From Planctomycetaceae bacterium (GTDB lineage: Bacteria; Planctomycetota; Planctomycetia; Pirellulales; UBA1268), in assembly GCA_947481985.1 (NCBI GenBank), contig CANKIK010000023.1, positions 1 to 42,065 of the forward strand: a DNA stretch of 42,065 bases, given 5' to 3'. Numbering within the stretch: the stretch's first letter is position 1; each line of letters starts with the position of its first letter. Of this stretch, positions 26,318-35,868 are shown one piece after another. The translations under genes were made by a program, and so were the position numbers. A model generated the notes under the pieces. That model was given only the letters and a program-made list of their open reading frames with translations, was not told the DNA's origin and did no database searches.

Positions 26318-29068
26318 CTAGGGCTGGGAAGCCGCGGGCACAATCCCCTGGAGGGCGAGGAGTTCGCGAACAACCGCCTCAACCTCGGCCTGCTTCGCCG
26401 CCGCCAGAGCCTCCGCCGTGGCGGCCACCGACGCCGCCCCCTCGACCACCTGCGCCGCTTCGGCGAGGGGGCCGTCCATCTCGGCCACGGCAGCCACCAG
26501 CGCCGGCATCTCACCTTTGCGCTTCTCCATCATCGCCACGCTGTCGGCAGCCGCCTTCTCCCAGGTAGCCCGCTCAGCCGCCATTGCGTCCATCCCTTCC
26601 CGCATCCCCTTCACCTGTGCCGCCTTGGCCGCCAGCGTGTCGATGAGGACCTTATGGGCGGCGGCGAGCTCCGCGTCGCCTGCCGCGAGATCGAGCGCGG
26701 CCTTCGTCTGGGACGCCGCCTGCTCGAGGATGCTCGAGGCTTTCGTGATGATCTCAATCGTTCCCTGCTGGGCCAGCAGTTCCTGCTGGCGTTTGGCGAT
26801 CTTCTCCAGCAGCCCGGCATGCTCGCCGGCAGCAGCGGCAAGCGCGGAAGAGAGTTCCTCCACGGCCTTTACGCGCACTGACTTTTGGGCCTCGATCCCC
26901 CGACGGGCCTGTTCATCCCCAGACAACTTTCCGCGGGCCTCGGCCACACTCGCTTCGACCTGGCGGACGACCTGCTCGCGGGCGGAAACCGCCCCCGAGA
27001 GTTCGGTGTACTTCTGCATGAACGCCGCTTCACCCTGCCAGCGGGCCAGTTCGGCCTGCGCTCGATCGAGCTCGGCAGACAGTTCCACCACCTTGGTGGC
27101 AGCCACTGCAGCGCTGGCCTTGAGGGCCTCAAGCCCGGGCGTCATCTCGGCCACCTTCGCCGCCATCTGGTCGGCAGAGAGCTGCGCTTGATCGCGTTGC
27201 AGGGTCGATTGTGCGAGTTGCTTCTCGCTCGCGGCCATCCGATCAGCCGAGGCCGCCAACTCGATTTCCCTGGCGGCGATCGCCTCCCGCTGCAGCCTGA
27301 GCTTCTCGGCTACCTCTGCCAGCGTGTTCTTGGCGGCCTCGTCTGCGGGGTTCTGGGCCACTACAGACAGCGCCTGGGCGTGAGACTCCAGGGCCGGTGC
27401 GAGGTCACGGGCCGCCGCGACGGCCGCATCGGTGGCGGTCACATAGGCCGAAGCGGATTCGGTCTTCACAACCAGGGCGGCGTCAAATCCTTTCTGCATC
27501 TCCGCCAAGGTCCCGTCGGCAGAGGTCTTGGCCTGCACCACCCCGTCAAAGGCCTGCTGCATCCCGGCCAACTGCCCGGCAACCTCGGCAGCCACCGCTC
27601 TGGCCGGGTCCACCGCCGGGGAACGCTCCAGCACAGCCTTCTCGGCAGCCGCGATTCGCACCGCAATCGGCTCCGGATTAGACGACAGTCCGCCGGCACG
27701 GGTGGCATCTGCGGCCTTCCAGACGCGGATCTCACCGGTCCAGTCACCGACGATCACCGCATCGGTCTCATCACAGAACGATACTGCCAGACCGAGATCG
27801 GTACAGGGCTCAAACGCCTTCTGCTGAGTGCCATCCTGGGCCCACAACTTCGGCTGTTTGTCGCGGCCGATGCTGACAATCCGTCCGTCTCGGGTGAACT
27901 CGACTCCCGCCACACCGCCGGCGTGCGCGTTCCAATTCTTGACCTGTCCGCCATTCTCCATCTCCCAGAGGCGGATCGTGCCATCCTCACTCCCCGTGGC
28001 AAGGAGGTTGGAGTCGCCGCGCCAAGAGACCGCCGTGATCCCGGCGGTATGGCCGGCGAGAGTCAGGTAATCGCGGCCGGTCTGCGACTCCCACACCATC
28101 ACCCCGCCGTTGCGATCGCCCGTCGCCAGGAGCACTCCGTCAGGACTGAACGAGGCGGCCGTGACCCAGTCCGTATGCTTCTTCATCTCGTAGAGACGTT
28201 CCCCCGTCTCCGTCGAGTAGATCCGCACCACCCGCTGCGGCCCACCCAATGCCACGAAGCGGTGATCGGCACTGATGTCGGCGGCCAAGACCGTGTCGAG
28301 CTCGTCGCCGATCTCCATCACCCGTCGCCCGCTCGCCACGCTCCACACCACGACCTTCCCGGCGGCGCCCCCCCGACCGCCACCGGCGAGCACGAGGCTG
28401 CCGTTGCGGCTGAACTGCAGCACCTGCGGCCGCCCCTCAGGGAAGGGGAGCACGCCGGCGAGCTGCTGGGTGTCGGTGCGGTACAGCAGGACCTGTTTCT
28501 GTCCGCACACGGCTGCCAACGGAGCCCAGGGACTGGTGGCGATCGAGGTGCAAGCGCTGAGGCTGCGGGTGTGGACCGCCGGTTCCAACGGAAGATGTGC
28601 CGGGAGAGGGACAACCTGCGGCCGTTCAGTCGGCGCGGCGTCCATGGCAAGGTTGAATTTCTTTTTCTTCGGTGCCGCCGCCTTGCTCCCCCGGGTCTCG
28701 AGCACACCCCCATCGATCCATCTTTTCAACACGGCCCGCTCCTCCTCCGGGATCGGCGGGGAGTCTGGCGGCATCTTCGGCTCATCCTCTTGGGTGACGA
28801 GCTTGTAGAGATAACTGGCAGACGAATCGCCCGGCTCGATCGAACCACCCGATCCCCCTCCCGCCATCAAGCCGGTGTAGGTGGTGATGTCGAGGCCGCC
28901 GGCCTTCTTGTCAGGATTGTGGCAACTCCCGCACCGCTGCCGGAGCAGCGGGAGCACGTTGTCGTCGAACGTGACTGCCTCATCGGCAGCCATGGCACGA
29001 GCCGTCGGCAGGCCGACTGCCCAAAGCGTCGCCCAAAGCGTCGCCAACAGGATCCGTGTGGTGCTCAT
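26318..29068 (-). CDS. secreted PSCyt1 (planctomycete cytochrome-c-like) domain, WD40-repeat and long coiled-coil fusion protein
   Basis: ATG 29066-29068. Signal peptide MSTTRILLATLWATLWAVGLPTARA. PSCyt1-type block FDDNVLPLLRQRCGSCHNPDKKAGGLDI. WD40 repeats (LLATGDRNGGVMVWES, LLATGSEDGTIRLWEM). C-terminal ~450-aa Ala/Glu/Gln-rich coiled coil. Confidence 0.85.
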   Translation of the reverse strand: MSTTRILLATLWATLWAVGLPTARAMAADEAVTFDDNVLPLLRQRCGSCHNPDKKAGGLDITTYTGLMAGGGSGGSIEPGDSSASYLYKLVTQEDEPKMPPDSPPIPEEERAVLKRWIDGGVLETRGSKAAAPKKKKFNLAMDAAPTERPQVVPLPAHLPLEPAVHTRSLSACTSIATSPWAPLAAVCGQKQVLLYRTDTQQLAGVLPFPEGRPQVLQFSRNGSLVLAGGGRGGAAGKVVVWSVASGRRVMEIGDELDTVLAADISADHRFVALGGPQRVVRIYSTETGERLYEMKKHTDWVTAASFSPDGVLLATGDRNGGVMVWESQTGRDYLTLAGHTAGITAVSWRGDSNLLATGSEDGTIRLWEMENGGQVKNWNAHAGGVAGVEFTRDGRIVSIGRDKQPKLWAQDGTQQKAFEPCTDLGLAVSFCDETDAVIVGDWTGEIRVWKAADATRAGGLSSNPEPIAVRIAAAEKAVLERSPAVDPARAVAAEVAGQLAGMQQAFDGVVQAKTSADGTLAEMQKGFDAALVVKTESASAYVTATDAAVAAARDLAPALESHAQALSVVAQNPADEAAKNTLAEVAEKLRLQREAIAAREIELAASADRMAASEKQLAQSTLQRDQAQLSADQMAAKVAEMTPGLEALKASAAVAATKVVELSAELDRAQAELARWQGEAAFMQKYTELSGAVSAREQVVRQVEASVAEARGKLSGDEQARRGIEAQKSVRVKAVEELSSALAAAAGEHAGLLEKIAKRQQELLAQQGTIEIITKASSILEQAASQTKAALDLAAGDAELAAAHKVLIDTLAAKAAQVKGMREGMDAMAAERATWEKAAADSVAMMEKRKGEMPALVAAVAEMDGPLAEAAQVVEGAASVAATAEALAAAKQAEVEAVVRELLALQGIVPAASQP

Positions 29069-29109
29069 GTCGTTGATGCGGAAGGGGTGATGGGTCGGCA
29101 GGAACGGGG

Positions 29110-29148
29110 CTTGAGAACCTCGCTTGAGAACCTCGCTTGAGAATCAGT
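29110..29148. repeat. 13-bp tandem repeat CTTGAGAACCTCG, 2 copies plus a degenerate third overlapping a stop codon
   Basis: cttgagaacctcg at 29110-29122 and 29123-29135, then cttgagaatcagt from 29136. Lies in the 75-bp spacer between the PSD1 gene stop (tca at 29144-29146) and the PSCyt1-WD40 start. Confidence 0.8.
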
Positions 29149-31603
29149 GATTGAAAACAAATTCTCGGGAATTGAGCAGCGCCCAGAAGCCATCTTCGAG
29201 GGCCTGCTGCGGACTGGGATCCTCGGCGACGACTTTCGCAAGCCCAGCCCTCTCCTTCTCCGTCGGCATCCGGGTCATGGTCCGTCGATACATTTCGTCA
29301 ATGATCGCCTCAGGAGGCTGATTGGCGTCGAGCATCTTCTTGACGAGCCCACCGGCCTGGATCTTCCCCCCAACGGTGTCGCCGTTGAGGAGGTGGAGTG
29401 CCTGCGAGAGATTCGGCTCCATCTTCACCTCACACGAACAGACGGTACCGCGGTTGGCCCGCCCGAAGGTGGTGAGGAAGTAAGTCGACGTGTTTCCGTC
29501 AGCGATCTGCACCGCCCGCGCTCCCAGCGGCAGCCCGGAGAATTTGTTTCTGGTCTCGGTGGCGCTGGTCACCATGTCGAGGAGAATCTCCGCGCGGACG
29601 CGGCGGAGAAGTGCGTGGGAGAAGTTCCGCTCGTCGGTGGCGTTGGTCTCGTTGGTCTTCGTCGAGAGTTGGTAGGTCCGCGAGATGCAGATGTCACGGA
29701 CAAGTTTCTTGAAGTCGTACTTGTAGTCCACAAACCGCCGGGCAAGTTCCTCGAGGAGTTCCTTGTTGACCGGCGGATTGCTGATGCGGACATCGTCGAC
29801 GTCGTTGATCAGGCCGGGGCCAAAGAAATGAGCCCAGACGATATTCACCAGATTCTGCGAAAAGAACGTGTTGCCGGGGCTCGTCAGCCAGCCGGCCATC
29901 ACTTCGCGGCGGTCCTTGCCGGCGGTGTCGGGAGCCTCTCCACCAAGGAATTTTGGGGGAATAACGCGGCCGCCGATGGGGTGCTTTACCTCGCCACCAC
30001 CGGAGTTAAAGACGATCGTCTCCCGGGGGTCTTCCCCCGGCTTGCGACCGATCTGGGCGAAAAAATTGGCGAATCCGTAGTAATCGTCCATCGTCCAGCG
30101 ATCGAACGGGTGATTGTGGCACTGGGCACACTGGATCCGCATTCCCATGAACACCTGGGCGACATTCTCTGCCACCTTCAGCGTGTCGGTCTCGTTTTGG
30201 TAGTAATTCGTGGCGGCGCTGGCGAAAGTCCCGCCTCGGGCCGAGAGCAGGTCGCGGACCATGGCATCGACCGGCACGTTGCTCTGGATCTGCTGCTGCA
30301 ACCAGGTGTAGTAGAGGAGCATCGCCTTGTAACTGATCTGCTGCGAAGTGCGGATCATGAGCAGTTCCGACCACTTCATGACCCACATCTCCACAAACTC
30401 CTTCCGCTCAAGCAGTGAGTCGACCAGGTGCTCCCGCTTGGCGGGATCAGCGCTGGCCATGAAGGAGCGGTACTCATCGGATGTGGGAAGGGTGCCGCAG
30501 ATGTCGAGGCTAACGCGACGGAGATACTCCTCGTCGGTGCACAGTTCCGAAGGATTGATCCGCAACTTGAGAAGTTTTGCGTTGACCAGTTGATCGACGT
30601 AGTTGTTTGCCGGGGGATTGGCCCACTGGAAGGCAAGTGCCTTGGGGAGCACGATGACGTGCGATCCGACGGTGTGGGTGTCATAGCGGGCCATGATGAA
30701 GGCCTCGCCCCGATTCTTGGCCGTCACCATGCCATCTTGGGTGATGACCGCGGAGTTGTCGTTATTGCTGGAGAACACCGCCAAGTTCGAGACGTCCCGA
30801 TCGGTGCCGTCGGCATACTTGGCGCGGACGATGAACCGTTGCGTGGCGTTTTCCCCGTCGAGGACGGCGGTCGGCGGGTCGATCTCCACCTTCACGACAG
30901 CCGGCACCGGACCGGGATCCTTTTCGGCGCCGCTCTCCAGCCAGCGGAGGAGCGTGGCGTGGTACGGGTCACCCTTCTTGATTTTCGCACCACCAGTGTG
31001 GGGAACGTCGTTCACCGACTTCTCCATCAGCAGGCTCTCCTCGACCAGCGCCAGATTGAGGCGGCGGCCGCTGATCTCCCGGGTGAGGCGGTGATGATCG
31101 CCATCGGGATCGAACCCGAACAGCGACAACCGGAATCCATCCTTCCCACGGGCGGCGCCGTGGCAACTGCCGGTATTACAACCAGATCGCATGAAGACCG
31201 GCATGACATCGAGTTTGAAGCTGATGGGCGGATCCTCTGCGGCCCGTTCGACATGCACCGGGACGGTGAGCGTCGTCTCGCCAACGGTCACCTTGAGCGC
31301 GGTGTCCCCATCCGCGATCGGCCGGAGCATCCCCCCCTCGATCACCGCCCGATCAGGGTGCTCGACTGCAAACGTCGCTTCGGCCGTCACGTCACGAGTC
31401 AGTCCGTCGGCGGAGGTGGCCTGCACAATCACCCCCTGGCGATCGCGGAGCGTCGTGAGGTGAATCGACGTCGGGTAGACGGCCAATTCTTCGGCACCTG
31501 CCCCACGGGCGGGCCGGGGTGAGACGCCGAGGAGACCGCAGCCCAGTGTGAGTGCGATAGCCAGGATTCCACGACAAAGACGCTGGGACAAAGTGGCAGT
31601 CAC
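29144..31603 (-). CDS. PSCyt2/DUF1549 plus DUF1553 (PSD1) family protein with N-terminal Ig-like domain
   Basis: Signal peptide. BIG-like N-domain. DUF1549-type block KLDVMPVFMRSGCNTGSCHGAARGKDGFRLSLFGFDPDGDHHRL. DUF1553-type block RIQCAQCHNHPFDRWTMDDYYGFANFFA. Start is GTG at 31601-31603 (no ATG nearby). Confidence 0.85.
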   Translation of the reverse strand: MTATLSQRLCRGILAIALTLGCGLLGVSPRPARGAGAEELAVYPTSIHLTTLRDRQGVIVQATSADGLTRDVTAEATFAVEHPDRAVIEGGMLRPIADGDTALKVTVGETTLTVPVHVERAAEDPPISFKLDVMPVFMRSGCNTGSCHGAARGKDGFRLSLFGFDPDGDHHRLTREISGRRLNLALVEESLLMEKSVNDVPHTGGAKIKKGDPYHATLLRWLESGAEKDPGPVPAVVKVEIDPPTAVLDGENATQRFIVRAKYADGTDRDVSNLAVFSSNNDNSAVITQDGMVTAKNRGEAFIMARYDTHTVGSHVIVLPKALAFQWANPPANNYVDQLVNAKLLKLRINPSELCTDEEYLRRVSLDICGTLPTSDEYRSFMASADPAKREHLVDSLLERKEFVEMWVMKWSELLMIRTSQQISYKAMLLYYTWLQQQIQSNVPVDAMVRDLLSARGGTFASAATNYYQNETDTLKVAENVAQVFMGMRIQCAQCHNHPFDRWTMDDYYGFANFFAQIGRKPGEDPRETIVFNSGGGEVKHPIGGRVIPPKFLGGEAPDTAGKDRREVMAGWLTSPGNTFFSQNLVNIVWAHFFGPGLINDVDDVRISNPPVNKELLEELARRFVDYKYDFKKLVRDICISRTYQLSTKTNETNATDERNFSHALLRRVRAEILLDMVTSATETRNKFSGLPLGARAVQIADGNTSTYFLTTFGRANRGTVCSCEVKMEPNLSQALHLLNGDTVGGKIQAGGLVKKMLDANQPPEAIIDEMYRRTMTRMPTEKERAGLAKVVAEDPSPQQALEDGFWALLNSREFVFNH

Positions 31604-31672
31604 GGCAAGGATCTCGTGGGGAGAAAAACTGGTCGGTTCCGACGGCAGCCAGTGGGGGTTCCACCAACTGCA

Positions 31673-34111
31673 TCACTTGGCGGCAGGTGGCTTGCCCTGG
31701 AGACGTAGTTTCTCCAGTCTCGAAAGCGGCTTTTCAGGGGTGGCAACAGGCGGGGCAACGGGAGCGGGAGGTGCCGCAGCGTCGGGCACCGGTGCCGGCG
31801 GGGGGGGCGGCGGGGTCGTCGGAGCAGCAATCTGGAGTTCTGTCTGGCCACCCCGGACCGTCACCGGTTCACCCTTGATGGTGGTCACCATCTCCACGAA
31901 CGGCGTCTTGTGGTTCCCGACGGGGCTCTTGTCGTTGGTCTTTACTTGAAACACCAACTCGACAGTCTCTTTGGTGAATTTCAATTCCTCTGCCGTGGTC
32001 TCGGCGGGCAATCCCTGGAGACGAGCCACCGCTTCCCCTTCGAAGGGGATCTTCTGCTCAAGCGTGCACACCACTTGGGCAACTTGCCCCTGTTCGCACG
32101 AGGCCCGAGCCAGGGAGGCATTCGTGAACGGCTCCGCAATCTCGATGGTCGCCAATTGCGACGCCGCCCACGCTGGGCCAGCGGAATCGGCTTGGGCGAT
32201 GCAGTACACCGGCCAGATCCCTAAAGCCGCGTTGCCGTCGGCGTTGATCGTGTAGAGCCCCTCGGACTGCTCAGCAGCAATGGTGATGCTCGGACCGGCG
32301 CCCACACCGGGCGAGCGGAAGGGAAACTCGACCGTCACCGGCTGTGCATAGCCCTCGGCACGCTTCACCACAACTTTCAGATTCATGGTGCCATTGCGGC
32401 AAAGGGGCGCCAGCGGCTGCACCAACTCAATCTGAAAGGGAAGTGAATCGACCACGGCCACCGCCAGTTTGTCGACTTTTGCGCCGTAATACACAGCGTT
32501 GTTGGGCTGTCCGAGAACGAAGTCCGAGAAGTTCTCAAAACCGCCGCGGATCTTGAGGCTTTCATCTTTCGCTCGGGCCTCGAAGGCGATCAGGCCTCCG
32601 GCGATCGCCGCATCGGGGGCGGCCTCAAAGACAACTGGCATCTGCGACACCGCCGCTGGCATCTCCCGGTGATGCGCCGTGATGCCGGCGGGCAGGGGCC
32701 CCGGTTCGAGGACAAGGTCGCCGCCAAAGTTGGCACGCGACGCGTTGACCAGCACGGCGTAACGATTGCCGCGGGGCACCATGATCTGTTGGCGAGTCTG
32801 GGAGTAGCGATCAATCCGGGGGATCGACAGCGAGAGCGCTGGGGACACCGGTTGCAATTCGACCCGGTAGACGAAGTCGGCACGGCCGCGGCCGAGGTGG
32901 TCAGTGACCCGGATCACGTACTGTCCATCCTCCGGAACCTCAAAGCGGAGATAGGAGTCTGGGCCACGGGAGTCGTCGTTGCCGGCGATGCCGGCCCCGT
33001 CAGCACGAAGAATATTGAGAACCGGATCGAGGCCGCTGCGGATCCGCCGGGCGTAGCACTCGACCTCAAACACCTGCCCCTTGGTGGCAGCGAATTTGAA
33101 ACAATCGACATCCCCCTCAGTGCCGATGATTCCGTTGAAAGAGGCGGCGGAATCGGCGGTCGTGGCGGAGGCAGGATCGTTGTTCGGCTCACTCTCCAGG
33201 AGGTTGCCGAACTGTGAGATCCGCAGGGGAATCGATGTCGGGCAGATCCCTTGCGGGTCGCGGGCAAACAAAGGCAGGACCGTGCCAGTGGCCGGGACAG
33301 TCACCTCCTGCGTCAGCGGCCCCGCAGCATCCCCCAGAAACGTCACCGTCAGGGCCTCCCCCGTCTTCCCGCCGGCTGGGTAAACAGCCGTGGGCCTGGG
33401 GAACGTTCCCACGTGGAGCCGGTAGCGGCAATTTCCGTCGCCGGCATAGCTTGTCTCCCGCACCTGGACGTAATACGTGCCATCCTCGGGGGCGATGAAA
33501 CTCAGGACTCCGTCCTGCTGGGCGACCGGCGCGTCATCGACGGTTGCCACTTCAAACCGCTTGGAGTCAAGGATCGATACGGCTGGATCAAAGAGGTAAC
33601 TTCCCAGCCGCAGCGCCTCGACATCGACCCCCAATCTCTGCCCCTTCTGGAGCAGGATGGCAAACAAATCGACATCTTCGTTTTCGACAATCCCCTGGAC
33701 TGTCGAATTGAGTTCCACGGCCTGGGCCTCAGCCAGCGATCCATTCGGCTCCTTCTCGTCGACCAGCGGCAGGGCGCCAACCAGGAACGAGCGGAAGTCA
33801 GAGATCCCCGACTTGCAGCGAACCTGCACCAACTGCTCCCCGAGAGGGCAGTCCTCGGGAATGAAGATCGTGGCCTTAAAGGAGTTGTCGTCGACGGGGG
33901 TGATTCCCCGAACGACAAAGCCTGTGGCAGGACCAGAGGCTGAGCCGTGGAAGAGCAATTCCTCGGCGTCCTTCAACCGTGCTCCCTGGAACGTCAACTC
34001 GCGATCGCCACCCCGCTGCACGCCCCGCGGGAGAATGATGCCCAACTGCGGAAACGACGCCAGCGCCGGAGCGGCGCTGAGCCCGAGAGCCACTAGCACC
34101 ATCCCCACCAT
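31673..34111 (-). CDS. secreted protein with two PPC (pre-peptidase C-terminal)-like domains and Pro-rich C-terminus
   Basis: Signal peptide MVGMVLVALGLSAAPALA (ATG 34109-34111; a second ATG at 34102). PPC-like blocks EPNGSLAEAQAVELNSTVQGIVENEDVDLFAI and EPNNDPASATTADSAASFNGIIGTEGDVDCFKF. C-terminal PPPPPPAPVPDAAAPPAPVAPP tail. Confidence 0.7.
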   Translation of the reverse strand: MVGMVLVALGLSAAPALASFPQLGIILPRGVQRGGDRELTFQGARLKDAEELLFHGSASGPATGFVVRGITPVDDNSFKATIFIPEDCPLGEQLVQVRCKSGISDFRSFLVGALPLVDEKEPNGSLAEAQAVELNSTVQGIVENEDVDLFAILLQKGQRLGVDVEALRLGSYLFDPAVSILDSKRFEVATVDDAPVAQQDGVLSFIAPEDGTYYVQVRETSYAGDGNCRYRLHVGTFPRPTAVYPAGGKTGEALTVTFLGDAAGPLTQEVTVPATGTVLPLFARDPQGICPTSIPLRISQFGNLLESEPNNDPASATTADSAASFNGIIGTEGDVDCFKFAATKGQVFEVECYARRIRSGLDPVLNILRADGAGIAGNDDSRGPDSYLRFEVPEDGQYVIRVTDHLGRGRADFVYRVELQPVSPALSLSIPRIDRYSQTRQQIMVPRGNRYAVLVNASRANFGGDLVLEPGPLPAGITAHHREMPAAVSQMPVVFEAAPDAAIAGGLIAFEARAKDESLKIRGGFENFSDFVLGQPNNAVYYGAKVDKLAVAVVDSLPFQIELVQPLAPLCRNGTMNLKVVVKRAEGYAQPVTVEFPFRSPGVGAGPSITIAAEQSEGLYTINADGNAALGIWPVYCIAQADSAGPAWAASQLATIEIAEPFTNASLARASCEQGQVAQVVCTLEQKIPFEGEAVARLQGLPAETTAEELKFTKETVELVFQVKTNDKSPVGNHKTPFVEMVTTIKGEPVTVRGGQTELQIAAPTTPPPPPPAPVPDAAAPPAPVAPPVATPEKPLSRLEKLRLQGKPPAAK

Positions 34112-34338
34112 CGTCCGGAGGATGGCTCCGCACTGCGGGGAGGAGCAACTCGCGACCACATTGCGTGACCACCGAACCCCAACCCCGTCAACGCGACTTG
34201 AGCCCGCAAGCATGAACATCCGGGAAGACCTTGCGGACTTCCTTCGCTCCTGGAGGTGGGAATCTGGGAACAGGCCCCATCGCCATCCGCAGTGCCAGCC
34301 CAGGGCCACCACGGATCAACGGAGGGTCGGCCGCGATA

Positions 34339-35646
34339 TCAGGCAAGAAGTTCCTTGCGCACCTTGCCACCATCGACAATCTCGATGGGACGATCACCAG
34401 GTGCCATCAACTCCTTGTCGGCCACGATCCCCAGCCGGTCGTAGATCGTGGTCGCCCAATCCTCAACGGTGAGCGGATCGTCCTCGGGCTCACTGGCTGT
34501 GGCATTGCTCGAACCGTAGACGATGCCCTTCTTCAATCCGCCGCCGGCCATGACGACGCTGTACACCTTCGGCCAGTGATCGCGGCCGGCAGTGGCGTTG
34601 ATCTTCGGTGTCCGTCCGAACTCAGAACCGACACAGACCAGCGTCGAGTCGAGCAGGCCGCGCTGGTCAAGGTCGCGGATCAGTGCCGCAAACCCTTGGT
34701 CGAAGGCGGGAAGCTGGCCCTTCATCGACCCGGCGATATTGTCGTGCATGTCCCAACCGCCGTAGGTCAGCGTCACAAACCGCACGCCACTCTCGACCAA
34801 CCGACGGGCCAGGAGCATCCGCATCCCCGCCTGGTTGCGGCCATATTCGTCTTTGATCGCGTCGGTTTCCTTGGTCATGTCGAAGGCCTGACGGGCCTTC
34901 TCGGAGCTGATCAGGCTGTAGGCTCGGTCGTAGAAGGTATCGAGAGCGTCGAGGGAGTCGCTCTTTTCTTTCTCCCGGAAATGATCGTTGACCACGTCCA
35001 GCATCCGCCGCCGCTTGTCGAAGCGCGGCTCATCGACGCCCCCCGGAAGGCTCAAGTCCTTGACCTGGAAATTGCCGTCGGCGGGGTCGCTCCCCAGGCT
35101 GAATCCGGCATAGGACGAACTGAGATAGCCGGTGCCGGCGAATTCGTTGGGCTGCCCGGGAATGCAGACGTAGGGGGGGAGATTGTTGCGGGGGCCGAAT
35201 TCATGGGCCACGACCGATCCCATGCTCGGGTATTGCAGGGCCGGGCTGGGCCTGTACCCAGTGAACATGTTGTGGGTCCCACGCTCGTGGGCCGCCTCGC
35301 CGTGGGTCATCGAGCGGCAGATGGCGATCTTGTCGGCGATCTTTGCCGTGTTGGGAAGCAGTTCACCGACCCGAACTCCAGACACGTTGGTGTCGATGCT
35401 TCCCAGCGGACCGCGGTACTCAACCGGGGCGAAAGGCTTGGGGTCAAACGTCTCCTGATGCGCCATGCCGCCCGGGAGGAAGATATAGATCACCGACTTC
35501 GCCGTGCCTTCGTGGCTGGCGTAATTCTTGATGTCGCCTCGGGCACTCTGCATCCGGAAGTAGTCGCCGAGGGAAAGCCCCAGGCCCCCCACCGTCCCGA
35601 CCGAGAGGAATCCACGGCGGGATAGTTCGTTTCCATTGCACTTCAT
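34339..35646 (-). CDS. DUF1501 domain protein (sulfatase-like fold, Tat signal)
   Basis: ATG 35644-35646 with AGGAG 10 nt upstream. Twin-arginine signal SRRGFLSVGTVGGLGLS. DUF1501 blocks (IFLPGGMAHQETFDPKP, TEFGRTPKIN, GRDHWP). Usual partner of PSD1-family proteins. Confidence 0.88.
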   Translation of the reverse strand: MKCNGNELSRRGFLSVGTVGGLGLSLGDYFRMQSARGDIKNYASHEGTAKSVIYIFLPGGMAHQETFDPKPFAPVEYRGPLGSIDTNVSGVRVGELLPNTAKIADKIAICRSMTHGEAAHERGTHNMFTGYRPSPALQYPSMGSVVAHEFGPRNNLPPYVCIPGQPNEFAGTGYLSSSYAGFSLGSDPADGNFQVKDLSLPGGVDEPRFDKRRRMLDVVNDHFREKEKSDSLDALDTFYDRAYSLISSEKARQAFDMTKETDAIKDEYGRNQAGMRMLLARRLVESGVRFVTLTYGGWDMHDNIAGSMKGQLPAFDQGFAALIRDLDQRGLLDSTLVCVGSEFGRTPKINATAGRDHWPKVYSVVMAGGGLKKGIVYGSSNATASEPEDDPLTVEDWATTIYDRLGIVADKELMAPGDRPIEIVDGGKVRKELLA

Positions 35647-35763
35647 GGCAGACTCACTCCTGCGGAACTGCGAGGCGGATCGACCTTGTAGAAGTGTTAC
35701 ACCTTTATGAGTGGATGTCGAGCGACTCCCCCCCTCCAATGGAGCCCTGCCAAAACTGTCTGA

Positions 35764-35808
35764 AACGCAAAAAAGAAGCCCTGCAACGACCCGAAGTCGT
35801 TGCAGGGC
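35764..35808 (-). terminator. Rho-independent terminator of the 812-aa gene
   Basis: Perfect 13-bp inverted repeat gccctgcaacgac (35778-35790) / gtcgttgcagggc (35796-35808), loop ccgaa. On the minus strand it is followed by TTCTTTTTTGCGTTT (plus 35764-35777 aaacgcaaaaaagaa). Confidence 0.85.
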
Positions 35809-35868
35809 AATGATTTGAACCGCGACAGGAGGCGGTGGCGAGGATCCCTGTTTGGCCGACAGAATCTG

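Noticed and set aside
34231-35625. 464-aa plus-strand ORF
   Set aside because: Antisense to the DUF1501 gene, whose own translation has clear family motifs and a Tat signal.
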